Source: Gnetum montanum | Taxonomy: Eukaryota; Plantae; Gnetophyta | Direction of reading: 5' to 3' | Length of the DNA: 64,000 nt | Assembly (NCBI GenBank): GCA_015680685.1 | Contig: MNCI01000248.1 | Coordinates: 22,811 to 86,810 of the forward strand | Shown here: in pieces, positions 1 through 12,359 of the stretch | How positions within the stretch are numbered: the stretch's first letter is position 1 | How the letters are laid out: every line of letters begins with the position of its first letter | The notes under the pieces: model-generated | What the model was told of the DNA's origin: nothing | Databases searched by the model: none | What the model saw: only the letters and a program-made list of their open reading frames with translations | Translations under genes and position numbers: made by a program

Positions 1-229
1 ACTATAGGAGGGGCCTATTCCAGTCGGCAAGGTGAGTATGTGGCAAAAGCAAGGTAATGCATGGTAAAACAAGGTAAAAATAAGATTATAACATGGTAAA
101 GGCAAGGTAAAAATCAAGTTAAAACTATTTTAGACATGGCAAACCAGGTGGAGAAGGGTAGAATAGCATTAAATATAATATATATTTAATAAATTTTTTG
201 GTATTCTTTTATTTATTTTATTTTATTTT

Positions 230-1320
230 TATTTTGCCCCACAATAGCTGCAGGGTTTCTATCGTGAGGCCGTGACGGTCCAGGCGGGAGGGGCGATGAG
301 GCCGCGGCAGGTGACGACGGTGCACAGGGCAAAGGTGCAGCGAAAGCTGGGGGGGCCAGTGGAACCCTAAACAATGCAGCTCGACCTTTGCAGGACTGTG
401 TAGCCTGCAACATTTTTTTATTTTTATTTTTATTATTTTTAAAGAATAGTTCGTGATGGTCCTCAACTCGGCAGCGGTGAATCTGCAGCCCCTCCGTGTG
501 GACGACGCTTTTCTTAAATTCGAAGCCGTCGCCACCATTGCTGCGCTTTGGCTCCAACATGAACTTTGTTTCTCTTTCTTGTTCTCTCTCTGTTTGGATT
601 CTGCCAAAGTACTGCATGGCTTTGATTCTTCTTGGTCTGCTATGCTGAGTGTTGGATTGATGAAAAATCATATTAGTAGCATTGATCTTTTTGTTTGTTT
701 ATATATTGTGTGATGCGCTTTTGTTTTTGTTGCATTGCATCACTATTGGGTATCCGTCGATTATAATTGCTATCAGTGAAACTGCTGGTGCTTGGGCTTT
801 GAACAGTCTATGAAGCTGAGAGTGGGCCGGGTTTCGTTGAAAAAATTGCAGTTTTAGACTTCCAGCCCATTGAATTGTCTTATTTCTTTCTTTTCATTTG
901 AGCCCATTCTCATTATTTTCTGCAACTTTTTTCTGTAACAGCATAGTAATAGTTTTATCCGAATTCTTTGTAATCTATCTCCTTTATAAGACTTTGGGAT
1001 AAGTCTGATCCACAAGACATCTTGTTCGAAGTATGATGATCATGGAGATCAATCTTACACCTGTCGATCCTAACAATGGCAACATATTAGTGGAATAAGT
1101 GGAAGCACCACAAAAATCATGGAGCAGCAGTAGCAGCAACTTTAGGCATCAGAGGTTTTATTAAAAATATGGTGGCGCCGTTACTGCTTTCATCAGGGAC
1201 ATCAAGATCTCTTTATTTGTACATTAAATTTGCAATTTTTTTTTTTTAAAAATGGCATGTTCAGTTTCATCAGCAATAATTCCATGAGACCATAAAAACT
1301 TGTAAGTAGCTTCAGAACCA
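230..1320 (+). other. CpG-rich, gene-like 5' region (possible promoter/first exons of a host gene or non-coding transcript; product unidentified)
   Basis: CpG dinucleotides are abundant at 260-560, unlike the rest of the window. There is a telo-box-like GAACCCTAA at ~362 and T-rich intron-like tracts with an acceptor-like ctctcctttataag at ~977-990. No recognisable protein is encoded. Confidence 0.4.
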
Positions 1321-2109
1321 ACGTTAAGTCATAGTAATAGATTGTCGATAGCTATTCTATAAAGATTCAGTTCAAACTTGACAATGCTTTTATTGTACTC
1401 TAAAACCTTGTAAGCTAATTGTGGGATATAATGACATGCATAGCTGTCACCGTTTAGAAAAAGTTGTTTGGAAATCTTTTAAACCATTTTAGAAGAAATG
1501 TGAGCAAGTCCTTGGCTGTACATTCATCATTGCATGTATAATTAGACGTATTGTATTGGCTTAATCACCCTGTAAATTGAAAAGGCAGGGCTATGGTGCT
1601 TATTTCAGCATATAGTTTGTAACAGTCATTGCTAAACTTTAGGGTAGCCAATACATATTTTTATTAGTTTTCAAGACATTTTGGTCGCACAAGGTGGTTT
1701 CATGTGTGATTGTTTTGGTTATCACGTTGTATTATTTTTGCCCAAAAATGGATGTCATTGTTTTGGGTTATTAAAACCTTAGAGAGTGTATTATTTATTG
1801 TTATCTTGTTGCAATGTGCAACTATGGCTATTGTTGATGGATATTTTTCTATAGACTTTTAGTTGTTTTCATCATGTTTTGTATTTTCTATGTTTTATAT
1901 GTTTATGCAAACATTAATAATGGATGTAATCTATAAGTTGAGATAGAATGAAAGACCAGGATATGAAGTAAAATGCATGAATAAAATGTGATGTAAAAGA
2001 ATTGTAAATCATGGTATAAATATACAATTGAAAATGTAAATTATATCATTAAGTAAACTTGTCAAATTGTTTGTGTAAAGGAATATAAAGAAAAGGCTAT
2101 TTCATTCAC

Positions 2110-2225
2110 CAATTTTAGGTCCTAGTAGGCCACTAGTTTTTGGCCATGGTAGGTCATCATGTTGCCAGGTTTAGGACTTTGCAGGCCACGATGTTGCTAG
2201 TTTTAGGTCTTAGTGAGCTATGGTC
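2110..2225. repeat. Array of ~28-30 bp TAGTTT(A/T)AGGYCTTAGYAGGCCA-type units downstream of protease
   Basis: Four degenerate copies. The same unit occurs at 24830-24900, 28630-28710, 38435-39220, 44200-44480 and 54410-54530. Confidence 0.8.
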
Positions 2226-2349
2226 CATATGTGCCTAGCAAGTATGATATAGCATTAATATAGCATATAATGATAAAACCAACAAGGAAACATGATACAA
2301 GGTTGCGAAGGTGAACAAACAACCATTGACAAAAGAGGGGATAAGACAT

Positions 2350-5300
2350 TTACTATGTAGTTGTTTGATCTTTGATAGATCAAAGAATCCTTTTTGCACA
2401 ATTCAATGCTCACCATTTCTCTTGTTCAACATGGTGACTTGTAGGCATTTTCGTTGGTCACCCCATATCATAGGGTTGGTATTGCTAGCATTGTTGTTGT
2501 TCTTATTATTGGTCCTGGTCTAAGTATCGAGAGTTTCCTCTTAAAACTCCACCTTTGAAGCTCAATCAATGTTGACATAGTTATGAGAATATAGTGACAT
2601 ATTGTCTCCATGAATTATAATTTTACCATCCTCATATGATAAGTGGATCTCCTGATGTATACGAGATGAGCTCACATGAAGCTTAGCCAACCATAATCTT
2701 CCTAGAATCAAGTTGAAGCTGGGTGTCTCTTCAACCACTAGAAAGTTGGCAAATGTAGGGAATTGCTCATCAGCTATGAAATACCAGGAGATAGAACCTA
2801 ACATCGCTAATCATCACCCATTAAATGACTTGAATGCTAAGGTAGTGATTTCTTAGATATTCTTAGTTAAGCCTAGTTTCTTGAGAATAGTGTATAGTAT
2901 CATGTTGGTTGTTGCTCCATCATCCACATGAACAAGATGAACCTTGTATCTACCAACATGTATAATAGTAATGAGGAGAGGAGTGGATAGCACTTCTCTA
3001 TTTCAAGAGTTGACCTTCATCTCACTATTATGAAAGTTGAGCATTGTCTAATGCCTATTTTCCCTAAGCGAAGCTTGCTCAATGATAGAGTTGATTGACT
3101 CTTTGTTCGTGAGCATGTCTTCACTCATAGGGATAGAAGTCAACACTTGAGCTAATGTGTCTCTATGAATTAGAAAGGTCATGACTAGGTTGTACAAGTT
3201 CAACAATATAGTTTTTTATTTTACAGACCATTTAGCTTGTTCCATTATTGTGCGGAAGCTCTTTTTCTTGACATATGATCTTTCAACCTTAGTGGTTCCA
3301 ACTTCCTCCATTCTTCCAAGAGTTTTTGGCTTAGGTTTTAATGTTTTTTCCTTAGGCCCCTTGTCCATGGATGTTGTTGATGTTTATGTAGGTCTAAGTG
3401 GGTTAATGTTTTTTGAAGACTTTTGTTGTTGGCTATGTTTAGTGGGATTTGTTGTTGATTTGATGACAAGTTATTTTCATTGCTATTATGGTGTTGATTT
3501 CTTGCTTATTGCTAAGTTTTTAGACACTATAGGTGGGCTTTGGTCATGGGTAGTCATAGGTTTTCTTGTTGAAGGTGGAGGGACTTGAATAATGAACACT
3601 TCCTTAGGCTTTGGATGATTGGTAACTCATGGTCTAGGTTGTGAAGTTGATACCACTAATAGCGAAACACATATGATGAAAGGCTTCTTAGGGGCTGGAG
3701 ATTGTGGTACTCTAATGATGAAGGGCTTTCTAGGCTTTGTGGTTAGGGACCAAGATGGTACTTTGATGACAAAGGATTCCCTAGGATGATTATACAATTT
3801 GGTTTCTATGAATGAGGCTATGGTATAAGAGTTATTATTGGAACTTGGAGAGTTGGGCTTGTTCAATACTAGCTCTCCATGGTCAATCATCTTTTGAAGG
3901 ACATCCTTTAATGCTAGACAAAAATTTATGTCATGACCAACCATTTCATGATAATGTTAAAGCCTATTCTGTCTAAAGTACTTTGGTAGATTTAAATCAT
4001 CTTTGGTCATTATCATTGAGTATCTAGCTATGTCACAAAGATAATTGTGCCTCTTACAAGATTCCTCAAATAGTTGCTTATGTTGTATACAGTTGTCTTT
4101 ATGAAACTATTCTAAAAGCTCATAGGGCTTCATCAGTAATCCATTGTACTTCGACCTATCCTTTTATCCAAAGTTTGATCTTGGTTGATTTGGGGTGTAG
4201 GAGGTGGATGGTTGCAATGAGTCAGAAGGTGTGTTGCATGGTAGTGATTCTTGCCTCTCTACTTGTTTTAAACCCTTCAATATTATAATCATGATTGTAT
4301 ATTTTTACCTAGTTCTATCCATATCTCTCCTTGTATGTTGATTTTTGTATGCTATGTAGGCTAGATTTTTGCTAGCCTTGGTTTGCAAAAGGGCTTGGCT
4401 CAATGATTGGGGCTCTAAGTAGTAAAGCTTTAACTTGATGAAGTTATTTACTACTTCCTTGAAAATGGCCAAGAGGTGAGCTTTAGAGATAGGCTTTGGA
4501 ATCTTGTTAATCATTGAATTCCATCTCTAAATGAACCTTTTGACTAGTTCAAGTGGCCCCTACCTCACCTTCATCATTTGATCCAATGTGGTAGCTAGCT
4601 TTAAGTTGTATTTGAAGTGTTTGACAAATTGGTTTATTAGGTTCTCAAGGAAAGACATGGAAACTCTAGTTAAGGTTTGATACCAATATAAAGCCTTTCC
4701 CTTAAGGACCACAGGGAAAATGCATAATACTATATGTGGCCAAGCTTGCTAAGAGAGGCATTCAGACTAGAAGGTGATAAGGTGTATGTTGGAATCCCCC
4801 TCATCATTGTATTTCATGAAATTTGCTATGGGTATGCCCATGTGTAAGGTTATTTGAGGAATGGTAGGACTTAGAGGATTATCCTAGTAAAATTCTATAA
4901 CCTTGATTATTTAATTTGTACTAGCTTTAAGCTTTCACAACTCTTTAGTAAGGTCTTGGATCATCTAGGAGGCCTGATCCAAGCCTTGGGATGTCCCTGT
5001 ATGTTGAGATGCTTATATTGATGGTTAAGGAAGAATTGAGTAGCTTGAGGTTGTGTGATTGGCATTGATATAGATGGAATAGGTTGTGTGACCACTATTG
5101 TAGGTGGGTTGAACAAGGAGAAATAGGTTTATGTTGGGACTTATGATATGAAGAAACAAAGAAAGTGTAAGAGGCTTTTAAGATTTGGGGCCCTAATGAG
5201 GGTCTTGTTGGTATGGTGAAGGGAGATGACATTATAGATACCACTAGGGGTGGATGAATAGAGTGAGGTTATGTGGTGAATGGCATTGATGAGAATAGAA

Positions 5301-5860
5301 AGGTAGATTTGGAAATAGGCTAGGCTTACTACATAGCAATGAAAAATTTTGGTCCAAACATGATTGAATAGGTAGGAGAAGATTGAGGTACCTTCCCTAT
5401 AGGGGATAGTAGGGGTACAAAGCTAGAGGTGGTTGCTTGGGAATCCAATTTTTGGAGAAGGTTTTCAATAAATGTGATTGGCTCTTTCTTTGCCTCAAAC
5501 TCGTCATGCTCCTCTTGGCTATACACTAACTTAACTTCCTCACTAAGCTCATCTATGTTTATTAGTTGAGCTAGCATATGTGTATGAAACTCTATCAACC
5601 TTATTTGATCATAAGAAGAAGTGATGTACTCCTTCCCATTTTAGTGAATTATGTCAAAATCACACTTGGATTTAGATTCTGCACATAGAATGAGTAAGCC
5701 TATTTGAATCTTGGCACAAATTAAGTTGTAGTATTTTTTATCTATGCTTTAGTAGAAGGGGTCTAGGCTAAGTCTTCTAAGAGACTGTCTATGCTCTGCA
5801 ACCACTAGATCATTAGGATCATATATGAAGATAGCTTCTTGGGTAGGGGCCATGTGTGTA
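2350..5860 (-). pseudogene. gag-protease polyprotein remnant (element A)
   Basis: Gag core KYNDEGDSNIHL..FPVVLKGKALYWY (~4680-4830). Ogre-type knuckle HYHEMVGHDINFCLALKDVLQKMIDHGEL (~3870-3960). Protease VHVDDGATTN..FLVVEETPSFNLILGRLWL (~2680-2940). Many stops. Confidence 0.85.
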
Positions 5861-6159
5861 AGGTTTAATGGAAATATAGTTGATTTGCTAAAGGGCCTTA
5901 GCTAAGTTCTCAACTAGATTTTAAATTTAATAGTTTTAGCAAGTGAAACTTCTCATCTTATAAATGGTTTTATCTCTGGAATTTAGTGAAAACTATAACT
6001 ACAAGTGTAGTGTAGGTGACAATGTTTTGGGTTTTGAATTGTAGGGAGCAAGGGTTGCACTACAACTCATTATTGAGAAAATTTTTTTGTGTAAAATTAT
6101 TATAGGTAGGCTTTAAGTTTTTATGCTAGGTTTGGATGACCACCCATCAATAGCCTATA

Positions 6160-6472
6160 TTACAGAAATATGTTAAGCTTTGTAAAAATATGCTGGCACC
6201 AGCACAAAATACGTTGGCACTAGTACAAAATATGTGGTGCTCACCTCACCTAGCCTATACTAAAAAAATACACTTCCCTTATGAAAAAATACACTAGGTT
6301 GGCTCTATGAAGAATAAACACGTTGGGTTTCTTTAGTAATAAATATGTTGGGTTTTCTAGCAATAGATACACTAGGCTTTCTAGCAATAATTATGTTGGG
6401 TTTTCAAAAAGTATGTTGGGCCAAAAAAAATACATTAATCTTTAAAAGTATGCTAGGCTAACAAAAATACAC
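6160..6472. repeat. ~20-22 bp degenerate tandem repeats (AAATA(C/T)(G/A)(C/T)T(G/A)G core) in the 5'UTR of element A
   Basis: aaatatgctgg, aaatacgttgg, aaatacactag, aaacacgttgg and similar recur about 14 times. Confidence 0.75.
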
Positions 6473-7352
6473 TGATGAGTGGCAAGGTACCCTTACACTC
6501 AACCATATGAATACAAGAGTTTCACGCACGATCCGTTTGAACTCCGTAGACGGGCTAGTTGTGGTATTTAGATAGTTACTCATTGATTGTAGTTCATTAT
6601 CTTCCCATTTGGAGTAGTATTTGCTTTGTCATGTATGGTTTAGTCCAGAGTGAGGTGTATGATGTGGTCCTAAACTAGTGCTACTCCTAGAGGCAATAGA
6701 AAATAACTTTAATTAAGCTAAGAGGAAAAAGGAGAGAGAGTTAAGCTAATAGGATGTAGGGGGAGAGAATCTAAACTAGCCTAAGTGCGATGAGCATCCG
6801 TTCCTTAATCATCCATGCACATCTTGGACCTCATACTTGCCTACCACTAGGATTACTAAGCACATGGCCTAGGTACGCTACTAGGATGCCAAGTAGTCAC
6901 ACTTGAATGCTCGTGATTAAGTCGTACTCATTCTATATTTAAGGATTTTAGGGTGAAGAGATATTAACTACAAAATCAATAAATAACAATAAAAATTAAA
7001 TAATTAAACTAAGTGAATGCTATAATGATGAAGTAATCTCAATCTTTATTTCCAGTCATGTGCATGTCCAAGTACATCACACTTGAATAAAGGTGTTGCA
7101 CAATTACAATCATCACACTGTGGGCATGCATTGGGAGAAAGGGTTGAGAAGAACTAAAAATGAACTAACTTCTATCTACTAACCGAAAACTAACTGACTC
7201 CTTTTCGTGTGCCCACATGTGTATCTATAGGCTCACATAGGAGTCACAATATCATGTATTCGATATTGTTATTTGGATCATGATATCGCATACCGAATAT
7301 CGTGGATCCAATATCAAGGGTCCAATATCGGAGCCTTATGAATCATAATTCA
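6473..7352 (-). repeat. 3' LTR of element B
   Basis: Starts TGATGAGTGGCAAGG and matches 14150-14858 over ~710 bp. It ends at ..ATTCA, next to a PPT-like tract (minus: aactcaaggatgagttttc..atgggggtacaa, 7353-7392). Confidence 0.8.
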
Positions 7353-7509
7353 TTGTACCCCCATGATTGAATGAAAACTCATCCTTGAGTTAAAAAAAAT
7401 GAGAACAAGCTCCATTGATTACATAGTGGATAGGTATGGGATTATTAACTGACTAGGAATTTATTCATGCCACAATGGAGAATTGAATAGAACAAAATTT
7501 GGATAGACA

Positions 7510-10313
7510 CAAAAATACAAAATCACAAAATTATAAAATTTCGTGGAACTCATGTGGTTCTAGGTGGCAATGGCTCCTCCATGGGTCACTTCCCATTGTT
7601 TTATGCTCCAAGTTCTGGGATTTGATGGCTCTAAAGGAGTGCTTGGAGCTTTTCCTCTTTGATGCAAGGATCCTATGTTGTCTACACTGATGCTCCAATG
7701 TTTAATGGAGTTGATACCTCCCATGGACATAGTAGTTGTGGAAACATTTAATTTTCTTTAACATAATAGGCTGAAAACAATTGTCATTCCTCCTCATAGG
7801 CTTTGGATTTGTCCTTGTACTCCTGGAAATTTGTATGTTGTCAAGCCAAGTCTACTATGACATCTTTCTACCCTTGGTAGCTAGCCTTAGCCACCTCTAG
7901 TTTGGAATTTATGACTTCTAGCTTCTGCAACTCTGCAAATTTTGCTTCACATTTGGCATAGGTGGTAGCTACCTACTTCTTGAGCTTTGTTCTCAGGCAT
8001 CTTGTTATCAACATGGCTAGATTGGCATACTACAGGTTTGCCAATTCCATGTACTCTGTGAGATCTTGAATCTGTAGGTCTTGGCTTTTAAGCTTTGCTT
8101 GGTGGAAAAATGCATATGTGTCCAATATGGCCTATCAATTAGTGTGTTGAGCACTAAAAGTGTTGATGTGGGTCTTGGCCATATGGATCTCCTTCTTAAT
8201 GACTTGCTTGTACATCCCCACCTAGTCTCTAAAATGCTCCTTTAACTTTTCATGCTGCTTGGCCTTATTTTACCATGCACTTATTTCAATGTCCATTTTC
8301 TGACAGATTGCATGTACCTCCTCCATTGAGAGGGTTCGATTCTCTTTGTCCAAATAGTTCATTTCTTGGTTGAGCTTGATCAATTGTTCTCGTAACTACT
8401 AAAATTTTTCTTTGAGAACATTCTTCTATTTGTCCATAGTGGTCAATTAAAGAGTGAGCTGTTTATTCTCTTCTTATAAGGCTTTGAGTGCCTTGGCATG
8501 TGCATAAGTTTGCGCTTGTGCCTTGAAGGCATCCTAGTCAACCTTCTCCTCTCCTCCACCAATCTTTTATTGCCTACTAGTATTTTATTGAGTTGCCCCA
8601 TTCTGAAAGTGTCTAGATGATCTATGGGAATGAATTGAGATGGGTCCTGCTATGCAACTTGTAGGGAAATGAGCCTTTCTTGGAGTCTTGCCAACTCCAC
8701 TTCTGCATGCTCAACCCTGATCTTTGCCAAGACCATCTTTCCTTTGGTGGAGATGAGGTCTGATGACACTACTGTGACATCTTGTGGGATGTCAAAAAAG
8801 GACGTCATTACTTATCCTATTTGTAGCAATTTATCAAGGACATTCTCATGCTCCGCAAGAGTCATTGATAGACCAGCCAAAGTTTGAGCATCACGTGCTC
8901 CTATGAAATCTATCAATGGAACAATAGGGACATTGAAAGATTCTTTGATGTGTTCTATGACCACTTCTATGACTCCTACTACATCTTGGTGCTACATGAC
9001 GACTACTATGGCCCCTTCACCTATTTCCAATTGCACATGGAAAGACATAGCATTCCTTGAAATTTTTTGTGACCAATGGGTCTACCCTCCTCCTATTTGG
9101 ATGGAAACCTCACCCAATGTGTGATCAATAGAAACTATGGGTTGTATGGTGTCGTCAATGATGCAGAAGAGATTAGCATCATCACAACTTCCCCAACTGA
9201 TCGTCTTAGCAATGGCCCTAAGATGGCTCATCGACGGTTGATAATCCTGTGGCGGTGGTGGCAGTTGGTCTTGCTTGCTCATGTTGGTCCCTACTTGTTG
9301 TTGACTAGGCCTTGTGCTTGGGAGTTGGCTAGGTCCTACAGTTTGAGTTGCAATGGGTCCCATCGTCTATTCTTGCCCTAGCTCCAGTGTCTCACTAGCA
9401 CTTTTCCTTGGGGCTGGTGGCTTTAGCAGTTCCGTGAATGAAGCATTTTTGGCTCTTCTGGGAACGTCATTGGTGTACACCAAAATACTAGCACATTTTC
9501 ATGGCTTCCTAATAAGATAAGGGAAGGGCAATACAAACTTCCCTATCTTGCATTCTTCAAACTACCTTAAGATCTCCATGAGATACAAATGAGGAATGTT
9601 AGCATTAACCTTTCCCACCAATATCACACTTCTTCTTGCCACATATGTTGAAATTCTATTTAATCCTCTTATGGGGAAGATGTGATAAGTACCAATCTTG
9701 AAATATATACTTTCCTCCAGTGTCAACTCTCCATATGTCTTATTTTCTTTATTTTATGTCGTCTTCAACCAAATCTTTCATGCATCATCATTAGAGTAGG
9801 TAGGTGAGAAACTTTTGGCCCTATATTCAGAAGGTTTAACACTTTTGAAATGGCCTTGATGAAAAAATCAACAGATATACCACCAATGTCAATTGTGGTG
9901 CCTTCTTCCTTATTGTGCCAAAATTGGTACATTTCTCCTAAGTACCAGGCACGACTTTCAGAGAGGATAGGCCATAATGGGGACCCTTTGAGTTGGTTGC
10001 TAATAGCCTTAGGAGAAAATTCTATAAAAGGTTTGAAGTTTAATTCCATGATCAAAGCTACCAATGTGGACCTTTCTTGGATAGCCTGGACATACTTTGG
10101 GGATAATGTGAGGTGTTGTCCTTGTTTAGGTGCTTCAGTAGCTCCTCCTTCTTCTTGTCTGGACTACATAGTAGCAGGAGTCTCTTGATGGATGCTAAAT
10201 GATTGCACCTGCTACTTTGCACATTGCTTAGGAGATGCTTGTCCTCTACCTCTCCTAGGTCACTTGAACACACCTTGACAGGGTCCTTCTTGTTGTCCAT
10301 GTTTAGGGGCCAT
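7510..10313 (-). pseudogene. Accessory (env-like / plant transposon protein-like) ORF of element B with C-terminal coiled coil
   Basis: Starts ttgcag|ATG GCC CCT AAA (MAPK) at 10313, in frame with ORF 9765..10064 (EMYQFWHN..IDIGGISVDFFIKAISKVLNLLNIG). It continues through a P/Q-rich linker and a K/E/Q-rich region at ~7.8-8.6 kb. Many stops; the 3' end is approximate. Confidence 0.65.
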
Positions 10314-10819
10314 CTGCAATCACACAAGGCTGACCATTAGTAAGGTTGTTTACAAAATTTAAGTTATACCTTACTTCTACCTTAATGGATTTGTTTCTTA
10401 TTTTGTGTGATTCAGAGTTATAAAATCTTGTGAAAATGTCCTCTAAAAGTTTTAATATTGGGCCCCAATTTGATTAGGTGGCTTTAAAATTTAATTCCTT
10501 GGTGTAGGTAAGAAGATGAGATTATTTTTAGTAACATGTTTATTATCTTTATAATCAATTATCCTTTGTAGTGTCCTTCAAGCGATGACAAATTTTAAAA
10601 ACATTATGCACAATTTGGAGTGTACCCCTCCCCCACAACTAAGTTGAACACTCCATGTTCAAGTAGGTTCTTTTAGAAGAAGAATTGGAGTGCTAGCGAG
10701 CGAGTGATGGCTATTGGAACAAGAGGTGTGCAAGTTGTAACTCGTGGAAGAAAATTTAAAAAACTTCCCCTGTGTGAACAGTTGAGAATGATGTTGATGT
10801 GCATTGGGGGGGGGGGGGG

Positions 10820-10858
10820 NNNNNNNNNNNNNNNNNNNNNNNNNNNNNNNNNNNNNNN
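10820..10858. other. Assembly gap (N run) within a poly-G tract
   Basis: Run of n flanked by G homopolymers. Confidence 0.95.
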
Positions 10859-12359
10859 GGGGAAGGGTCCATATATATAGTTTTTGAGGACATGATATTG
10901 TGTTTGACCCGATATTGAGGACCTAATATCGTGGCCCATCGAAAATCAGGTACTTAGGAAAATTGATAAATTTTTGAAATTATAAACTCAAAAATGAAGG
11001 ACTTGAGGTTGGTGTGAAAGGTCCAGGGTAATATTAAATAGTCCTAAAGGTACAAAAAGTATAATGGTGTAGAATCTGACAATGAAATACATGAATTGGA
11101 TGAGGAGAAAGGACATGTTTTGGTACATAGGAATGTTTGAACTAGAAGGATGATGAGGGATAGAGCATTGTAATACTTGTAGGGTATAAAATGATGTGAT
11201 GGTGATGTGTTATGAGTGCAAATTACAAGTATAATGCAAGTGGTTCCTCCCCAAAGTAGGTTCCTACATATGATGCCCTTGCATAACCACACCTGAAAAT
11301 GTCTGTAGGCATTCAAAGAGTTAAATGTAATCCACACCAATTCCACAAAACACACATATCTATGCTACACAAGATACAAGTCAGAAATACATGAAAAATG
11401 AGATGAGGTGAATTGTAGAAGGAATTGCAGAGATTGGGACATGAGGTAACTAGCCTATGACACAATGAATCCTCAGTGTAAGGCATGATTAATGTGTCAT
11501 TAACTCGTTGCTCAAAAATCAGGACCAAGCCCATTCCTTTGATCAGTGACATCGCATTGTTTCATCCCAATGATAGACAATAATGAGAGCATCATGATGG
11601 TAAGGCATACGATCACTTGGCGTTTCATAAAAGGGAGAAGTGATTCTTGCTTTGTGGTACTTTTTTTTGCTATTTCTTTTGAAATGCTTAATCTAGAGAA
11701 GCCACCTACCTGTAGGCATGGGTACATGTCTTTCCTTTGGGACCCCCTAGAATGGCATTGGGTTTTTTTTATTGAATGTCTTTTTATTACTCTTACTTCC
11801 ATTTTCTGTTAGATCTACAAGGATCTTAGTACAACCAAGCTACATGATAACTCTCACAGATGTCACCAAAGAGAATCCACAAGTCCCCTTGATGTCAAAC
11901 CCTAGCCATTCCTGCTTAGTCCATCCTTCTTTGCTCTGGGTATAATGAACACAAGATTACTTTAAGTTTTAATGATTAGGAATATCATTGTACCTAGGGT
12001 AGAACCTCTTATTAATAGAATGGGTGGATGGATGTTGTGGACTCATTGTTAAAATAATTAGTCACCTGAGACTTGATAGCATAGAACAACACCTCAACCA
12101 ACGATTCACATGAGTGATTTATTCATAGATGAGATTACTTATAAAATGATAAAAAGATAAAATAATAAATTGAAAGATGAAAAACTGGAAAACAAAAAAT
12201 TGTAAAATTAAAGAAAAGGAAAACATTTATTAATTCTACTATTGTTAGAATGGGGAATACCCCCCACAACTAAATGGTTGAGCATGGCTAGAATTAATAA
12301 ATGAAAGGTTAGGATCCTTGCATGTTGGAAATATTAGGACCTAGTCATACTTACCCCAT

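Larger units (their letters stand above)
2100..6472 (-). mobile_element. Element A: truncated Ogre/Tat-like Ty3/Gypsy retrotransposon (5'UTR-gag-protease), LTRs not seen
   Basis: Degenerate gag and protease are homologous to those at 44.6-48.4 kb and 54.7-56.6 kb, with the same downstream TAGTTT(A/T)AGG repeat array. Element B interrupts it at 6473. Confidence 0.85.

Noticed and set aside
213-713. ORFs 213..671, 218..607 and 453..713 as real proteins
   Set aside because: No recognisable domain. They overlap on both strands in a GC-rich patch and run through T/A homopolymer tracts.
655-1040. TGATGA boxes suggesting C/D snoRNAs
   Set aside because: No convincing CTGA D box with terminal stem and no recognisable rRNA-complementary guide.
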